Made by a program: the position numbers and the translations under genes
In this document: piece by piece, positions 34,578 through 44,321 of the stretch
Layout of the letters: every line of letters begins with the position of its first letter
Position numbering within the stretch: the first letter of the stretch is position 1
The notes under the pieces: model-generated
Told to the model about the DNA's origin: nothing
The model's input: the letters and a program-made list of their open reading frames with translations, nothing else
The model's database searches: none
Source of the DNA: Candidatus Dormiibacterota bacterium
GTDB lineage: Bacteria > Chloroflexota > Dormibacteria > DASZGP01
Assembly (NCBI GenBank): GCA_036824145.1
Contig: DAITAT010000003.1
Coordinates: 1-62,628, forward strand
DNA: 62,628 nucleotides
Reading direction: 5' to 3'

Positions 34578-35015
34578 ATGTTTCTCGGCAAGTACTCTCG
34601 CACTCTCGACGCCAAAGGGCGGCTTGCTCTACCGGTCAAATTCCGGGAGCAGCTTCCGAGCGGCTCCGTGGTCACGATCTCACCCGAGGACTGCCTCCGG
34701 GTCTACGCGCCGACGGAGTGGGAGGAAGTGACGGAGCACCTCCGGGTCAGCGAGGCGACCAGCGAGACCGAGCGCAACCTCATCCGCCGGATGTTTGCCG
34801 AGGCAGCCGAGCTCGAGTTCGACGGCCAGGGCCGCGCCCTGATCCCGGCCACCCTCCGCGACCACGCCGGGATCGAGACCACCGCGATGGTCGTGGGCGT
34901 CAACAACGTTGTCGAGATCTGGAGTGATGGGCGCTGGCAGGCCCTCGAAGCGGCCACCACCAACTTCACCCAGCTCGCCGACGCGGTCGCCAAAAGCCGC
35001 AACGCCAGCACCTGA
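34578..35015 (+). CDS. mraZ: Transcriptional regulator MraZ
   Basis: MFLGKY..LDAKGRLALP, DGQGRALIP, VGVNNVVEIW. Confidence 0.96.
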   Translation: MFLGKYSRTLDAKGRLALPVKFREQLPSGSVVTISPEDCLRVYAPTEWEEVTEHLRVSEATSETERNLIRRMFAEAAELEFDGQGRALIPATLRDHAGIETTAMVVGVNNVVEIWSDGRWQALEAATTNFTQLADAVAKSRNAST

Positions 35016-36003
35016 GTCTTCCGGGCCACGGGGCCCGAAGTCACACGTCCCTGTACTTTTAGAAGAAGCAATACAGATCCTCCAGCCCACACCGGGTGCC
35101 GTCTTCTTCGACGGCACCTTCGGTGGGGGAGGGCACTCGCGCGAGATCCTCAAAAGGATCCTGCCGGGCGGCACGCTCCTGGCCATGGACCTCGATCCCG
35201 AGGCCGTCAGCCGGGCGGCGGCGCTGATCGCCGAGTTCGGCGATGCCTTTCATTTCGTGTCGGGGAACTTTGCCGATTCCAGCGACCCTATCGAGGCGCT
35301 GGGTAGGGGGAAGGCGCCGCTCGACGGCGCCTTCCTCGACCTCGGCCTCTCCTGGTTTCAGCTGAACGACCCGGAGCGCGGCTTCAGCTTTGCCGCCGAC
35401 GGTCCCCTCGACATGAGATTCGACCCGGAGCAGCCGTTGAGCGCGGCGCATCTCGTCAACACCTACCCCGAACGCCGCCTCCGCGAGCTCATCCGCGAGT
35501 ACGGCGAGGAGCCCTGGGCCGGGCCCATCGCCGCCGCCGTCGTCCGCCGCCGCCGCCGCCTCAGATTCTCCCGGACCCGGGAGCTGGCCGAGCTCATCGG
35601 CGGAGTCATCCCTCGAAGGCACTGGCCACGGCGCATCGACCCGGCCACCAAGACCTTCCAGGCGTTGCGCATCGAGGTCAACGACGAAATTGGATCACTG
35701 CGAAAGGGGCTGGAGGAGATCATCAGGCACCTGAAGCCAGGTGGCCGGTTGGGGGTCGTCGCCTTCCACTCCCTCGAGGACAAAGCAGCAAAGGATTTTC
35801 TCAACGTCGAAGCAAAGGATTGCATCTGTCCGCCCCAACAACCGGTGTGCACATGTGCCCACCAGGCAAGCGTCACCATCCATCCCCCCCATCCCCTAAG
35901 GCCGGGCAAGGACGAGATCGAGGCCAACCCTCGATCTCGCTCCGCCCGGCTGAGGGGGGCAGTCAAGCTCCCTCAGGAGTCTCAACCAACGACGCAGAAA
36001 TGA
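34927..36003 (+). CDS. rsmH: 16S rRNA m4C1402 methyltransferase; true start unresolved (see findings)
   Basis: HVPVLLEE, DGTFGGGGHS, DLGLSWFQL, DGPLDMR, ATKTFQALRIEVN, FHSLEDK, NPRSRSARLR. Confidence 0.93.
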   Translation: MGAGRPSKRPPPTSPSSPTRSPKAATPAPESSGPRGPKSHVPVLLEEAIQILQPTPGAVFFDGTFGGGGHSREILKRILPGGTLLAMDLDPEAVSRAAALIAEFGDAFHFVSGNFADSSDPIEALGRGKAPLDGAFLDLGLSWFQLNDPERGFSFAADGPLDMRFDPEQPLSAAHLVNTYPERRLRELIREYGEEPWAGPIAAAVVRRRRRLRFSRTRELAELIGGVIPRRHWPRRIDPATKTFQALRIEVNDEIGSLRKGLEEIIRHLKPGGRLGVVAFHSLEDKAAKDFLNVEAKDCICPPQQPVCTCAHQASVTIHPPHPLRPGKDEIEANPRSRSARLRGAVKLPQESQPTTQK

Positions 36004-36506
36004 TCGCTCTAAGAATGAATACCGCCGCTCACGGCCGGCATCTCGGCTCCTCTTTTGGAGCCGGGGTCCGGAAGTCTCGGGCCACTGCAGGTTCGGGACG
36101 CTCGGTCCGTGTCCGCCGCTCGCGCCCGGCGACCTTCAAGTGGATCGTGCTCTGGATCGTCACGGTCTCGGTTTTCGGCAGCGCCTACGTTGCCGAAACC
36201 GCGGCCGCCACCCAGGCCAGTTACCAGATTGCCACTCTCAAGCAGCAGCAGTCCGACCTGCATGTGCAGCAGCAGCAGAGTCGCTACCAGATCTCGCTGG
36301 CCACCTCTGCCGGCCAGATCGACGGCGACGCCGCCAAACTGGGCATGGTCCGGTCCAATCAATGGCATTACCTGCCCGGCTCGACCTCGCCGGTCGCCCT
36401 CGCCAAGCCCGACCCGCAGAGCAACGGCAACGCCACCCGATCGTGGCTGGACCAGCTGGCCCTGGCACTCGGCCGGCCCACCGAGGCGCAGGCCAAGGGT
36501 CGATGA
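36000..36506 (+). CDS. ftsL: FtsL-like cell division protein
   Basis: Basic cytoplasmic N-terminus, single TM, Gln-rich coiled coil, AAKLGM; position between rsmH and PBP. Confidence 0.75.
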   Translation: MIALRMNTAAHGRHLGSSFGAGVRKSRATAGSGRSVRVRRSRPATFKWIVLWIVTVSVFGSAYVAETAAATQASYQIATLKQQQSDLHVQQQQSRYQISLATSAGQIDGDAAKLGMVRSNQWHYLPGSTSPVALAKPDPQSNGNATRSWLDQLALALGRPTEAQAKGR

Positions 36507-36605
36507 GACCGATCAACGGGCCACCGGGCCGGCTGATCGCGTGAGGTGGCCGGGGATGGAAAAGGATGACGATGGATCATCCGCCAAAGGGAAGCGGGTG
36601 ACCCG

Positions 36606-38327
36606 ATGACACAGGACCGAGGTAGGCTCCGAGTTATCTGGCTGATGGGGATGGCCGCCGTGCTCGCAGCCGTGCTGCTGGGCAAGCTTGTGTACTGGCA
36701 GGTGGTCGAACACCAGAAGATCAGCCTGCTGGCCGCCAAACAACACCAGGTCACCTTCAAGCTGCCCTCGCAGCGGGGGAAGATCTTCGATCGCAGCGGC
36801 CAGCTGCTGGCGACCGACACCCCCGTCGCCAACGTCGTGGCTGATCCCTCGCTGATCCCCCGGGCGGCGCGCTCGCAGGTTGCCGGAAGCCTGGCGCCGC
36901 TGCTGGGGATGACCGCGACGGACATCCTCAAGCAACTCGAGATGCCCCTGAAGTTCGAGTACCTCAAACACAAGCTGTCCAGGGAAACCGCGGACAAGAT
37001 CGGCGCTCTCCACCTCGCCGGCATCGGACTCGAGGACGACTCGCGTCGCTCGTATCTTTCCAGCGTCGACCCCGCCGCCCCCACCGAGCCGCGCTCGCTG
37101 GCCGGCAACCTGCTCGGCTTCGTCAACGACGGGGGCTCCGGCCAGTACGGCCTGGAGCAGTACTACGACGGGCAGCTCAAGGGCCACGACGGCTACGAGT
37201 CAACGCTCAAGACGGGGACCAACGAGACCATCGTCCTGAGCGACGTCAAGAAGGTGCTGCCGCAGGACGGCACCAGCTTGCAGCTGGGGCTGGACAGCCA
37301 GGTCCAGTTCTTCGCCGAGAAGGCGCTTGCCGCTGGCGTCAAGAAGACGAGCGCGGAGTCTGGCTCGGTGATCATCATGGAGCCCAGCACCGGCAACATC
37401 ATCGCCTGGGCCGACTACCCCACCTTCGACGCCAACAACTTCGGCGGATCCGACGCCAAGCTCTTCACCGACCCCGCCGTCAGTAGCCTTTATGAGCCCG
37501 GGTCGGTGATGAAGGTTGTGACGCTTTCTGGTGGCCTCCAGAGCGGCGCGATCACCCCCGACTACACCTTCAACGAAACCGGCAGCGTCAATGTTGGTGG
37601 CTACACCATCCAGGACTGGGACCATAAGCCCCACGGCAACATCAGCATGACCCGCGTGCTCGAGCTCTCCCTCAACGCGGGGGCCGTCAAGGTCCAGCAG
37701 ATCGAGGGACCGGACAATTTCTACAAGTTCCTGGGCGCCTTTGGCATCGGCAGCTTGACCGGCATCGATGTCGCGGGCGAGGTGGCGCGGCCGCTCAAGC
37801 CGCTGCGGAACTACTACCCCTCCGAACTGGCCACCACCGCTTTCGGCCAGGGCGTTGCGGTGACCCCCATCGAGATGATCTCGGCGATCAACACCGTCGC
37901 CAACGGCGGCCGCTTCGTGCACCCCCGCGTGGTCACGTCGACAATCCTGGCTGACGGTTCGCGCAAGGAAGTCCCCCAGGACCTCGGCACCCAGGTGCTC
38001 GGAACCCAGGCCGAAAATGACATGCGCCAGATGATGATCAAAGTCGTCGAGCACGGCTCCGGCTGGACCACCAAGATGGACGGCTGGCAGAATCAGATCG
38101 CCGGCAAGACTGGCACCGCCAACGTCCCCGAGGGCGGCAAGTACACCGATAAAGTCATCGCTAGCTTTGTCGGCTTCATGCCCGCGTACAACCCGCGCTT
38201 CACGATGCTCGTGATCATGCGCAACCCAAAGGGCGACACGCTGGCCCAGGAGGGCACCTTCACAGCCGCGCCGGTGTGGAAGAGCATCGCCCAACAGATC
38301 CTGGTCCAGTGGCAGGTGACGCCATAG
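36606..38327 (+). CDS. ftsI: Class B penicillin-binding protein
   Basis: RGKIFDRSG, YEPGSVMK (SxxK), SLN (SxN), GKTGTA. Confidence 0.92.
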   Translation: MTQDRGRLRVIWLMGMAAVLAAVLLGKLVYWQVVEHQKISLLAAKQHQVTFKLPSQRGKIFDRSGQLLATDTPVANVVADPSLIPRAARSQVAGSLAPLLGMTATDILKQLEMPLKFEYLKHKLSRETADKIGALHLAGIGLEDDSRRSYLSSVDPAAPTEPRSLAGNLLGFVNDGGSGQYGLEQYYDGQLKGHDGYESTLKTGTNETIVLSDVKKVLPQDGTSLQLGLDSQVQFFAEKALAAGVKKTSAESGSVIIMEPSTGNIIAWADYPTFDANNFGGSDAKLFTDPAVSSLYEPGSVMKVVTLSGGLQSGAITPDYTFNETGSVNVGGYTIQDWDHKPHGNISMTRVLELSLNAGAVKVQQIEGPDNFYKFLGAFGIGSLTGIDVAGEVARPLKPLRNYYPSELATTAFGQGVAVTPIEMISAINTVANGGRFVHPRVVTSTILADGSRKEVPQDLGTQVLGTQAENDMRQMMIKVVEHGSGWTTKMDGWQNQIAGKTGTANVPEGGKYTDKVIASFVGFMPAYNPRFTMLVIMRNPKGDTLAQEGTFTAAPVWKSIAQQILVQWQVTP

Positions 38328-38338
38328 GCGATGCCGGC

Positions 38339-39712
38339 ATGAGCTTCCGACTCTTCGAGCTGGCCGAGGCGACCGGCGGCCGGCTGATCGACGCTGACGC
38401 CGACCTCGCCCTCGACCGGCTGGTGATCGACTCCCGCCAGGCGACCCCGGGCTCCCTCTTCGTGGCCCTGGTCGGTGAGACCACCGACGGCCACCGCTTC
38501 CTGGCCGATGCTGTCGAGGCGGGCACCTCGGCGGTGCTCTGTCAGTTCGCGCCGCCGGAGCTCTCGGTGCCGCGGGTCGAGGTCGACGACACCCGCGAGG
38601 CCCTCGTCAGTTTCACCCGCTACCATCTGCGGCGGCAGGGCTGCACCGTCGTCGGGGTCACCGGCAGCGTGGGCAAGACCAGCACCAAGGAGATGGTGGC
38701 GGCGGTGCTTGCCCGGCGATTCGAGGTCCTCAAGGCCGAAGGCAACCTGAACACGTACACAGGTCTGCCGATGACGGTGGCCGGCCTCGAGCCACGCCAC
38801 CAGGTCTTGGTGGCCGAGTACGCGATGTCGGCGATCGGTGAGATCGCCTTACTTGCCCGGATGGCGCCGCCGGATGTCGCCGTCGTGCTCAACGTCGGGC
38901 TTTCCCATGTCGGTCTGCTCGGTGACATCGAGGCCGTCAGCCGCGCCAAGCGGGAGCTTGTCGAGGCGCTCGGGCCTGAAGGCACCGCCATCCTCAACGC
39001 CGACGACCCCAGGGTCATGGCGATGGCGCTGGCCAGTGCGGGCCGGGTGGTGACCTTCGGCTACGGGAATACCCAAAAGCATGTCGATGTGCACGCCGAA
39101 AACATCACCCTGCGAGGCCTTGAGGGCAGTGTCTTCACGCTGGCGCTACCCACCGACGAGCGAGTGCAGGTCGAGCTGAGCATCCCTGGGGTCCACGCCG
39201 TCAGCAACGCGTTGGCGGCGGCCGCGGCGGGCCACGTCCTCGGCGTCGCCACCGCGGACATCGCCGCCGCGCTCAGCGGCGTCGGCGCGCTTGGCGGTCG
39301 CGGTGTTCTTCGCCCCGGGCGGCTGGGATCGACGATCATCGACGACGCGTACAACGCCAGCCCTAGCTCGGTGGCGGCAGCGCTTCAGGTGCTCCTTGGC
39401 GAGACCGGCCGGCCCCGGATCGCCGTCCTTGGCGAGATGCTTGAGCTCGGGGAGAAGGCGGCCGAAGCCCACCAAAAGATCGGCCGCCAGGCTGCGCGCA
39501 GCGACCTGCTGGTGGCCCTCGGTGAGCACGCCGCCGATATCGTCGAGGGCGCCACCGAGGCCGGCCTTCGCGTCGATCGCGCCATCCTGGTGACCAGCCC
39601 CGAAGAGGCTGTCGCCGCGGTCGAGCCTCACCTCAAGGGCGCCGTGGTGCTGGTCAAGGCGTCCAGGGGGGTCGCCCTGGAGCAGGTCGTCGATCGCCTG
39701 GCGGAACCGTGA
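38339..39712 (+). CDS. murF: UDP-MurNAc-tripeptide--D-Ala-D-Ala ligase
   Basis: IDSR, DGHRF, GVTGSVGKTSTKE, DDAYNASP, LGEMLELG, VKASRG. Confidence 0.93.
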   Translation: MSFRLFELAEATGGRLIDADADLALDRLVIDSRQATPGSLFVALVGETTDGHRFLADAVEAGTSAVLCQFAPPELSVPRVEVDDTREALVSFTRYHLRRQGCTVVGVTGSVGKTSTKEMVAAVLARRFEVLKAEGNLNTYTGLPMTVAGLEPRHQVLVAEYAMSAIGEIALLARMAPPDVAVVLNVGLSHVGLLGDIEAVSRAKRELVEALGPEGTAILNADDPRVMAMALASAGRVVTFGYGNTQKHVDVHAENITLRGLEGSVFTLALPTDERVQVELSIPGVHAVSNALAAAAAGHVLGVATADIAAALSGVGALGGRGVLRPGRLGSTIIDDAYNASPSSVAAALQVLLGETGRPRIAVLGEMLELGEKAAEAHQKIGRQAARSDLLVALGEHAADIVEGATEAGLRVDRAILVTSPEEAVAAVEPHLKGAVVLVKASRGVALEQVVDRLAEP

Positions 39713-40788
39713 TCGCTGTCCTTTGGGTGGTCGCCACCATCACCTCACCCCAGGTCCTCACCAAGGCCTCGCCGCACCCGGCCTCCTCACCGGCGGTGCG
39801 CCACGCTCCGCTCTTCGATCACCTGCCTCAGCCCTGGCCGCCGGCGGTGGCGCTGCTGCTCCCCCTGGTTGTCGGGGTGCTGCTGATGCCGTGGGCGATC
39901 GGCCTGCTCAGCCGCCACGGCATGGGCCAGCGGATCCGTGAGGAGGGCCCCCAGTCGCACCTGGCCAAGGGCGGCACGCCCACCGCGGGCGGCCTGGTTG
40001 TGATCGCCCTGATCCTGCTTACGCTGGTCTTCATCGATCGATCGCGGTCGCTGCTGCCGGTGCTGGCCGCGCTCGGTCTCGGCGCCTGCCTGGGCCTGGT
40101 CGACGACCTGGTCATGGTTCGGTCCCGTGCCTGGACTCGCGGCCTGCTGGCGCGGCAGAAGATCGTGGTCCAGCTGGGGATCGGGCTGGCCATCGGGGCC
40201 TGGTTCTGGGCGCTGGGGATGGACCACCAGGTGGTGCCCCTGCTCGGCACCTGGAAGATGGGCTTCCTGATCGTTCCGGTGGCGGCGCTGGCGCTGGTGG
40301 CCGCATCCAACGCCTTCAACCTGACCGACGGTAGCGACGGCCTGGCCCCCGGCGTCATCCTGCTGGTGGCGCTGGTATTGGCGCTGATGCTGAAGGGCAA
40401 CGGCCACCAGGTTGCCCTGGTACGGCTGCTGCTGGCCGTGGTCGGCGCCATGGTTGCTTTCCTGGTCTACAACGTGCCCCCGGCGCGGGTGTTCCTCGGC
40501 GGGGTCGGCAGTGAGGGGCTGGGGATGCTGCTGGCGGCGGCCGCCATCGCCGGTGGCCTGGTCTGGTACCTGCCGCTTCTGGCCCTGGTGCCCGTCCTCG
40601 AGACGCTGTCGGTGATCGTCCAGGTCTTCAGCTTCAAGACCAGGGGCAAGCGAGTCTTCCGGATGTCGCCGCTGCACCACCACTTCCAGCTCGGGGGCTG
40701 GAGCGAGTGGATGGTGGCACTCTGCGCCTGGGCCGCGACCAGCCTCGCCGGCACCCTGTCGCTGATCCTGAGCCGGAGGCCGGCATGA
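39709..40788 (+). CDS. mraY: Phospho-N-acetylmuramoyl-pentapeptide transferase
   Basis: HLAKGGTPTAGG, VDD, NAFNLTDGSDGL, VFLGGVGS, FRMSPLHHHF. Confidence 0.92.
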   Translation: MIAVLWVVATITSPQVLTKASPHPASSPAVRHAPLFDHLPQPWPPAVALLLPLVVGVLLMPWAIGLLSRHGMGQRIREEGPQSHLAKGGTPTAGGLVVIALILLTLVFIDRSRSLLPVLAALGLGACLGLVDDLVMVRSRAWTRGLLARQKIVVQLGIGLAIGAWFWALGMDHQVVPLLGTWKMGFLIVPVAALALVAASNAFNLTDGSDGLAPGVILLVALVLALMLKGNGHQVALVRLLLAVVGAMVAFLVYNVPPARVFLGGVGSEGLGMLLAAAAIAGGLVWYLPLLALVPVLETLSVIVQVFSFKTRGKRVFRMSPLHHHFQLGGWSEWMVALCAWAATSLAGTLSLILSRRPA

Positions 40789-41975
40789 GAAACCAGGCCA
40801 CCAGCATCGACAAGTGGCTCCTGGCCAGCGTCCTGGTGCTGTGCGGCTTCGGCCTGATCATGGTCTTCAGCAGCTCCGAGGTGCAGGGCTACATCGACTA
40901 CGACAATTCCAGCTACTACTTCCAGCACCAGATCCTCTGGCTGTTGGTGGGTTGCGCCGGCGGCCTTTTGGCCCTGGGGCTGGACTATCACCGGCTGCGG
41001 GCGCTGGCGCCGATCGCCGCCGCCGTGATAGTGGCGCTGCTGGTGCTCGTCCTGATCCCCCATATCGGCGTCGCCCGCAACGGCGCCCGCCGCTGGTTCG
41101 GTTTCGGCGCCTTCACCATCCAACCCGCGGAGATCGCCAAGGTGGTGGTGATCATTTACCTGGCGCGCTGGCTGGAGAAGTCGAGCGATCGCGTCGGCAC
41201 CTTCCGCGAGGGTCTGGTGCCGTTCATGCTGATGCTCGGACTGATCGTCTGCCTGGTGCTACTCGAAAAAGACCTGGGCACCGCGATGGTGCTGACGATC
41301 ATCGCGATCGCGATGTTCCTGGTCGCCGGCGCCAGGTGGTGGCACGTCGCTGGCGCCGTGCTGGTGGCGTCGGGTGCGATCGGGCTCCTGATCCGCCTCG
41401 AGCCCTACCGCTTCAGCCGCATGTCGGCGTTCCTGAACCCCTGGGCTGACAGCCTCAACACCGGCTTCCAGTCGGTGCAGTCGGTACTGGCGCTGGGATC
41501 CGGCGGGCTATTCGGGGTGGGGCTGGGCCAGAGCATCCAGAAGTACCAGTGGCTGCCCGAAGCTCACACCGATTTCATCTTCGCTATCATCGGCGAGGAG
41601 GTGGGGCTGATCGGAACCCTGTTTGTCCTCACTCTCTTCTGCCTCATCGCGTACCGGGGCTACCGGGCCGCGATGCGAGCCCCAGACACCTTCGGATTGC
41701 TGCTTGCAACGGGAATTACGACCTGGCTGATCTTCCAGGCCTTCGTCAACATGGCGGCGGTCACTCTCACCCTCCCCACCACGGGCATTCCGCTGCCGTT
41801 CGTCAGCTTCGGCGGCTCTTCGCTGTCGGTTTCGCTGACCGCGGTGGGACTCCTCCTCAACATCTCAGCCCAGGGCGTGAAGCCGGCTGTGGGTCGCCGT
41901 GCGGGTATTGATATCGGGCGGCGGCACCGGGGGGCACATATTCCCGGCCCTCGCCGTAGCCCAAGCCCTGGCTGA
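40785..41975 (+). CDS. ftsW: SEDS peptidoglycan polymerase FtsW
   Basis: NGARRW, IQPAEIAK, EKDLGTA, LPEAHTDFIFA, PTTGIPLPFVSFGGSS. Confidence 0.94.
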   Translation: MRNQATSIDKWLLASVLVLCGFGLIMVFSSSEVQGYIDYDNSSYYFQHQILWLLVGCAGGLLALGLDYHRLRALAPIAAAVIVALLVLVLIPHIGVARNGARRWFGFGAFTIQPAEIAKVVVIIYLARWLEKSSDRVGTFREGLVPFMLMLGLIVCLVLLEKDLGTAMVLTIIAIAMFLVAGARWWHVAGAVLVASGAIGLLIRLEPYRFSRMSAFLNPWADSLNTGFQSVQSVLALGSGGLFGVGLGQSIQKYQWLPEAHTDFIFAIIGEEVGLIGTLFVLTLFCLIAYRGYRAAMRAPDTFGLLLATGITTWLIFQAFVNMAAVTLTLPTTGIPLPFVSFGGSSLSVSLTAVGLLLNISAQGVKPAVGRRAGIDIGRRHRGAHIPGPRRSPSPG

Positions 41976-42990
41976 GCTCGACCCCGGGGTCCAGCTTCTT
42001 TACGTCGGCCGGGAGGGCGGCATGGAGGAACGGATCGTGCCCGAGCGCGGGATCGAAATCGAAACCCTGCGCGTGCGCGGCGTCCAACCCGAGGCCTGGC
42101 GCAACCTGGCCCTGGCCTTCTCGGTTCCGGCCGCGGTGCTGAGCGCATCGCGCCTGGTGGGACGGTTCCAGCCCGACGTAGTGTTCGGTACCGGGGGCTA
42201 CGTCGTCGCCCCCGTGGGGATCGCCGCCAGCCTGCGCCGGCGGCCGCTGGTGCTGCAGCTGCCCGACGCCGTGCCCGGTCGCACCATCCGGACGCTGGCG
42301 CCGCGAGCCGAGACCGTGTGCCTGGAGTTCGAGTCCAGCGCCGCGCAGCTCAAGGGCCGGACCCAGGTCACCGGCACGCCCGTGCGGCCCGAGTTCGCCG
42401 CCATCGGCCGGGCCCGCCGAGCCCAGTCCCGCGCGGTCGTCGACGGCGGCTTCCGGCTGGTCGTTTTCGGTGGTAGCCAGGGAGCGCATCGCCTCAACAC
42501 CGCCGTGGCCGAAGGCCTTAAGGCGCTGCTGGCCGTGCCCGGCCTGGCGGTCCACCACCTCAGCGGCGAGCAGGACCACGACCAGCTACGGGCGATGCGC
42601 TCCGGGCTGGACGACGACCTCCGTGATCGGTACACCGTGGAACCGTTCAGCGACGCCATCGCCGCTTTGATGGAATCAGCGGACCTCATCCTCGCTCGCG
42701 CCGGCGGCAGCGCCATCGCGGAGATGACCTCGGTGGGGGCGCCGATGGTGCTGGTCCCCTATCCGCACGCCGGCGCCCACCAACGTTTCAACGCCGAGCC
42801 CGTGGCGAAGGCGGGCGCCGCCGTCGTGGTTCCCGACGAAGAGCTCAGCGGCGTGCGCCTGGTGGAGACGGTGCGGCGGCTGATAACGGACCCCGACCGC
42901 CTCCGGCGGATGGCCCAAGCCAGCCTCGACTTCGGCCGGCCCGACGCCGCCGAGGCGGTCGCCCGGATTGTCGTAGAGGCGGCGCGGTGA
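41899..42990 (+). CDS. murG: Lipid I GlcNAc transferase
   Basis: GGGTGGHIFPA, GTGGYV, GTPVRPEF, FGGSQGA, RAGGS; 77-nt overlap with ftsW. Confidence 0.95.
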   Translation: MRVLISGGGTGGHIFPALAVAQALAELDPGVQLLYVGREGGMEERIVPERGIEIETLRVRGVQPEAWRNLALAFSVPAAVLSASRLVGRFQPDVVFGTGGYVVAPVGIAASLRRRPLVLQLPDAVPGRTIRTLAPRAETVCLEFESSAAQLKGRTQVTGTPVRPEFAAIGRARRAQSRAVVDGGFRLVVFGGSQGAHRLNTAVAEGLKALLAVPGLAVHHLSGEQDHDQLRAMRSGLDDDLRDRYTVEPFSDAIAALMESADLILARAGGSAIAEMTSVGAPMVLVPYPHAGAHQRFNAEPVAKAGAAVVVPDEELSGVRLVETVRRLITDPDRLRRMAQASLDFGRPDAAEAVARIVVEAAR

Positions 42991-44321
42991 AGGTCCACCT
43001 GGTCGGCATCGGCGGCGCCGGCATGAGCGCGCTGGCCCATCTCTACCTCGAGCGGGGGGATGCCGTGAGCGGCTCCGACTCCGCCGCGTCCGATGTCACC
43101 GAGGCGCTGACGAAGGCCGGGGCGCGGGTGGCGCTGAGCCACGCCGTGGAGAACCTTGGCGACGCCCACGTGGTGATCGTCTCGACCGCCGTCGGGGAGG
43201 AGAACCCGGAGTTGCTGGCGGCTCGCCGGCGCGGCCTGCCAGTTCTCTCCCGCGGCCGGGCCGCGGCGCAGCTCTGCGCCAGGCGCCGCGTCGTCGCGGT
43301 CGCCGGGACCCACGGCAAGACCACCACCACCACGCTGGTTGCCGCTGCCCTGGATCCAACCGACCCACTCGTCATCAGCGGGGGGCGTCTGCCCGGCAGC
43401 ATCTACAACTCCAGGCCGGGCGACGGCGCATTCGCCGTCATCGAAGCCGACGAAAGCGACGGATCTTTCCTCGAGCTGACACCCGAGGTCGCAGTGGTCA
43501 CCAACGTCGAGGCCGACCACCTCGACCGCTATGCCGACATCGGCTCGATTCGCGAGGCCTTCGAGCGCTTCGCCGACCGGGTCACCTCCACCCTCGTCGG
43601 GTGCGTCGATGACCCCGGCGCACGCGCGCTTGTCGCCGCCACGCCCGGCGCGGTTGTCGGCTACGGCTTCGGAGACGCCGAGGTGCGCGGGTCGGGCTAC
43701 GTTTCCCACGAGGGAGGCTGCGCCTTCACCGTCGACTCGGCCTGGGGGCACGCCCGGGTTCGCTTGGCGATGCCCGGGCGGCACAACGCCAGCAACGCGC
43801 TCGGCGCCATCGCTGCCGGCCTGGTCCTGAACCGCCGGCTGACCGAGCTGGTCAGCCGGCTGGCCACCGCCGAGCTCCCCGGCCGCCGCCTGGAACTGGT
43901 CGCGGAGTTCGGCGGCGCCCGCGTATACGACGACTACGGCCACCACCCCACCGAGGTTGCCGCCACCATGAGCGCGGCGCGTGAGCTCTGCTCCGGCCGC
44001 CTCATCTGCGCCTTCCAGCCGCATCGATACAGCCGCCTCAGCGCGATGCTGGAAGAATTCGGGGCGTGTTTCGCTGCCGCCGACGAGGTCCTCCTCCTGC
44101 CCGTATACGCCGCCGGCGAGGCACCCATCGACGGCGCCACCAGCGCCGCCCTGGCCCAGTCGATCCACCGGCATGACCCCGGCCGCCGGGTCGAGGTCCT
44201 CGATTCGCTCGAACTGTTGCCGGACGAGCTCCGGCGCCGCCTGCACAACGGTGACGTCGCCGTCTGCATGGGAGCCGGCGACATCTACCGCGTCAGCCGC
44301 CGCCTGGCGGAGGCCGTGTGA
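42987..44321 (+). CDS. murC: UDP-MurNAc--L-alanine ligase
   Basis: GIGGAGMS, AGTHGKTTTT, EADESDGSF, DDYGHHPTE, FQPHRYSR, MGAGDI. Confidence 0.95.
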   Translation: MKVHLVGIGGAGMSALAHLYLERGDAVSGSDSAASDVTEALTKAGARVALSHAVENLGDAHVVIVSTAVGEENPELLAARRRGLPVLSRGRAAAQLCARRRVVAVAGTHGKTTTTTLVAAALDPTDPLVISGGRLPGSIYNSRPGDGAFAVIEADESDGSFLELTPEVAVVTNVEADHLDRYADIGSIREAFERFADRVTSTLVGCVDDPGARALVAATPGAVVGYGFGDAEVRGSGYVSHEGGCAFTVDSAWGHARVRLAMPGRHNASNALGAIAAGLVLNRRLTELVSRLATAELPGRRLELVAEFGGARVYDDYGHHPTEVAATMSAARELCSGRLICAFQPHRYSRLSAMLEEFGACFAAADEVLLLPVYAAGEAPIDGATSAALAQSIHRHDPGRRVEVLDSLELLPDELRRRLHNGDVAVCMGAGDIYRVSRRLAEAV

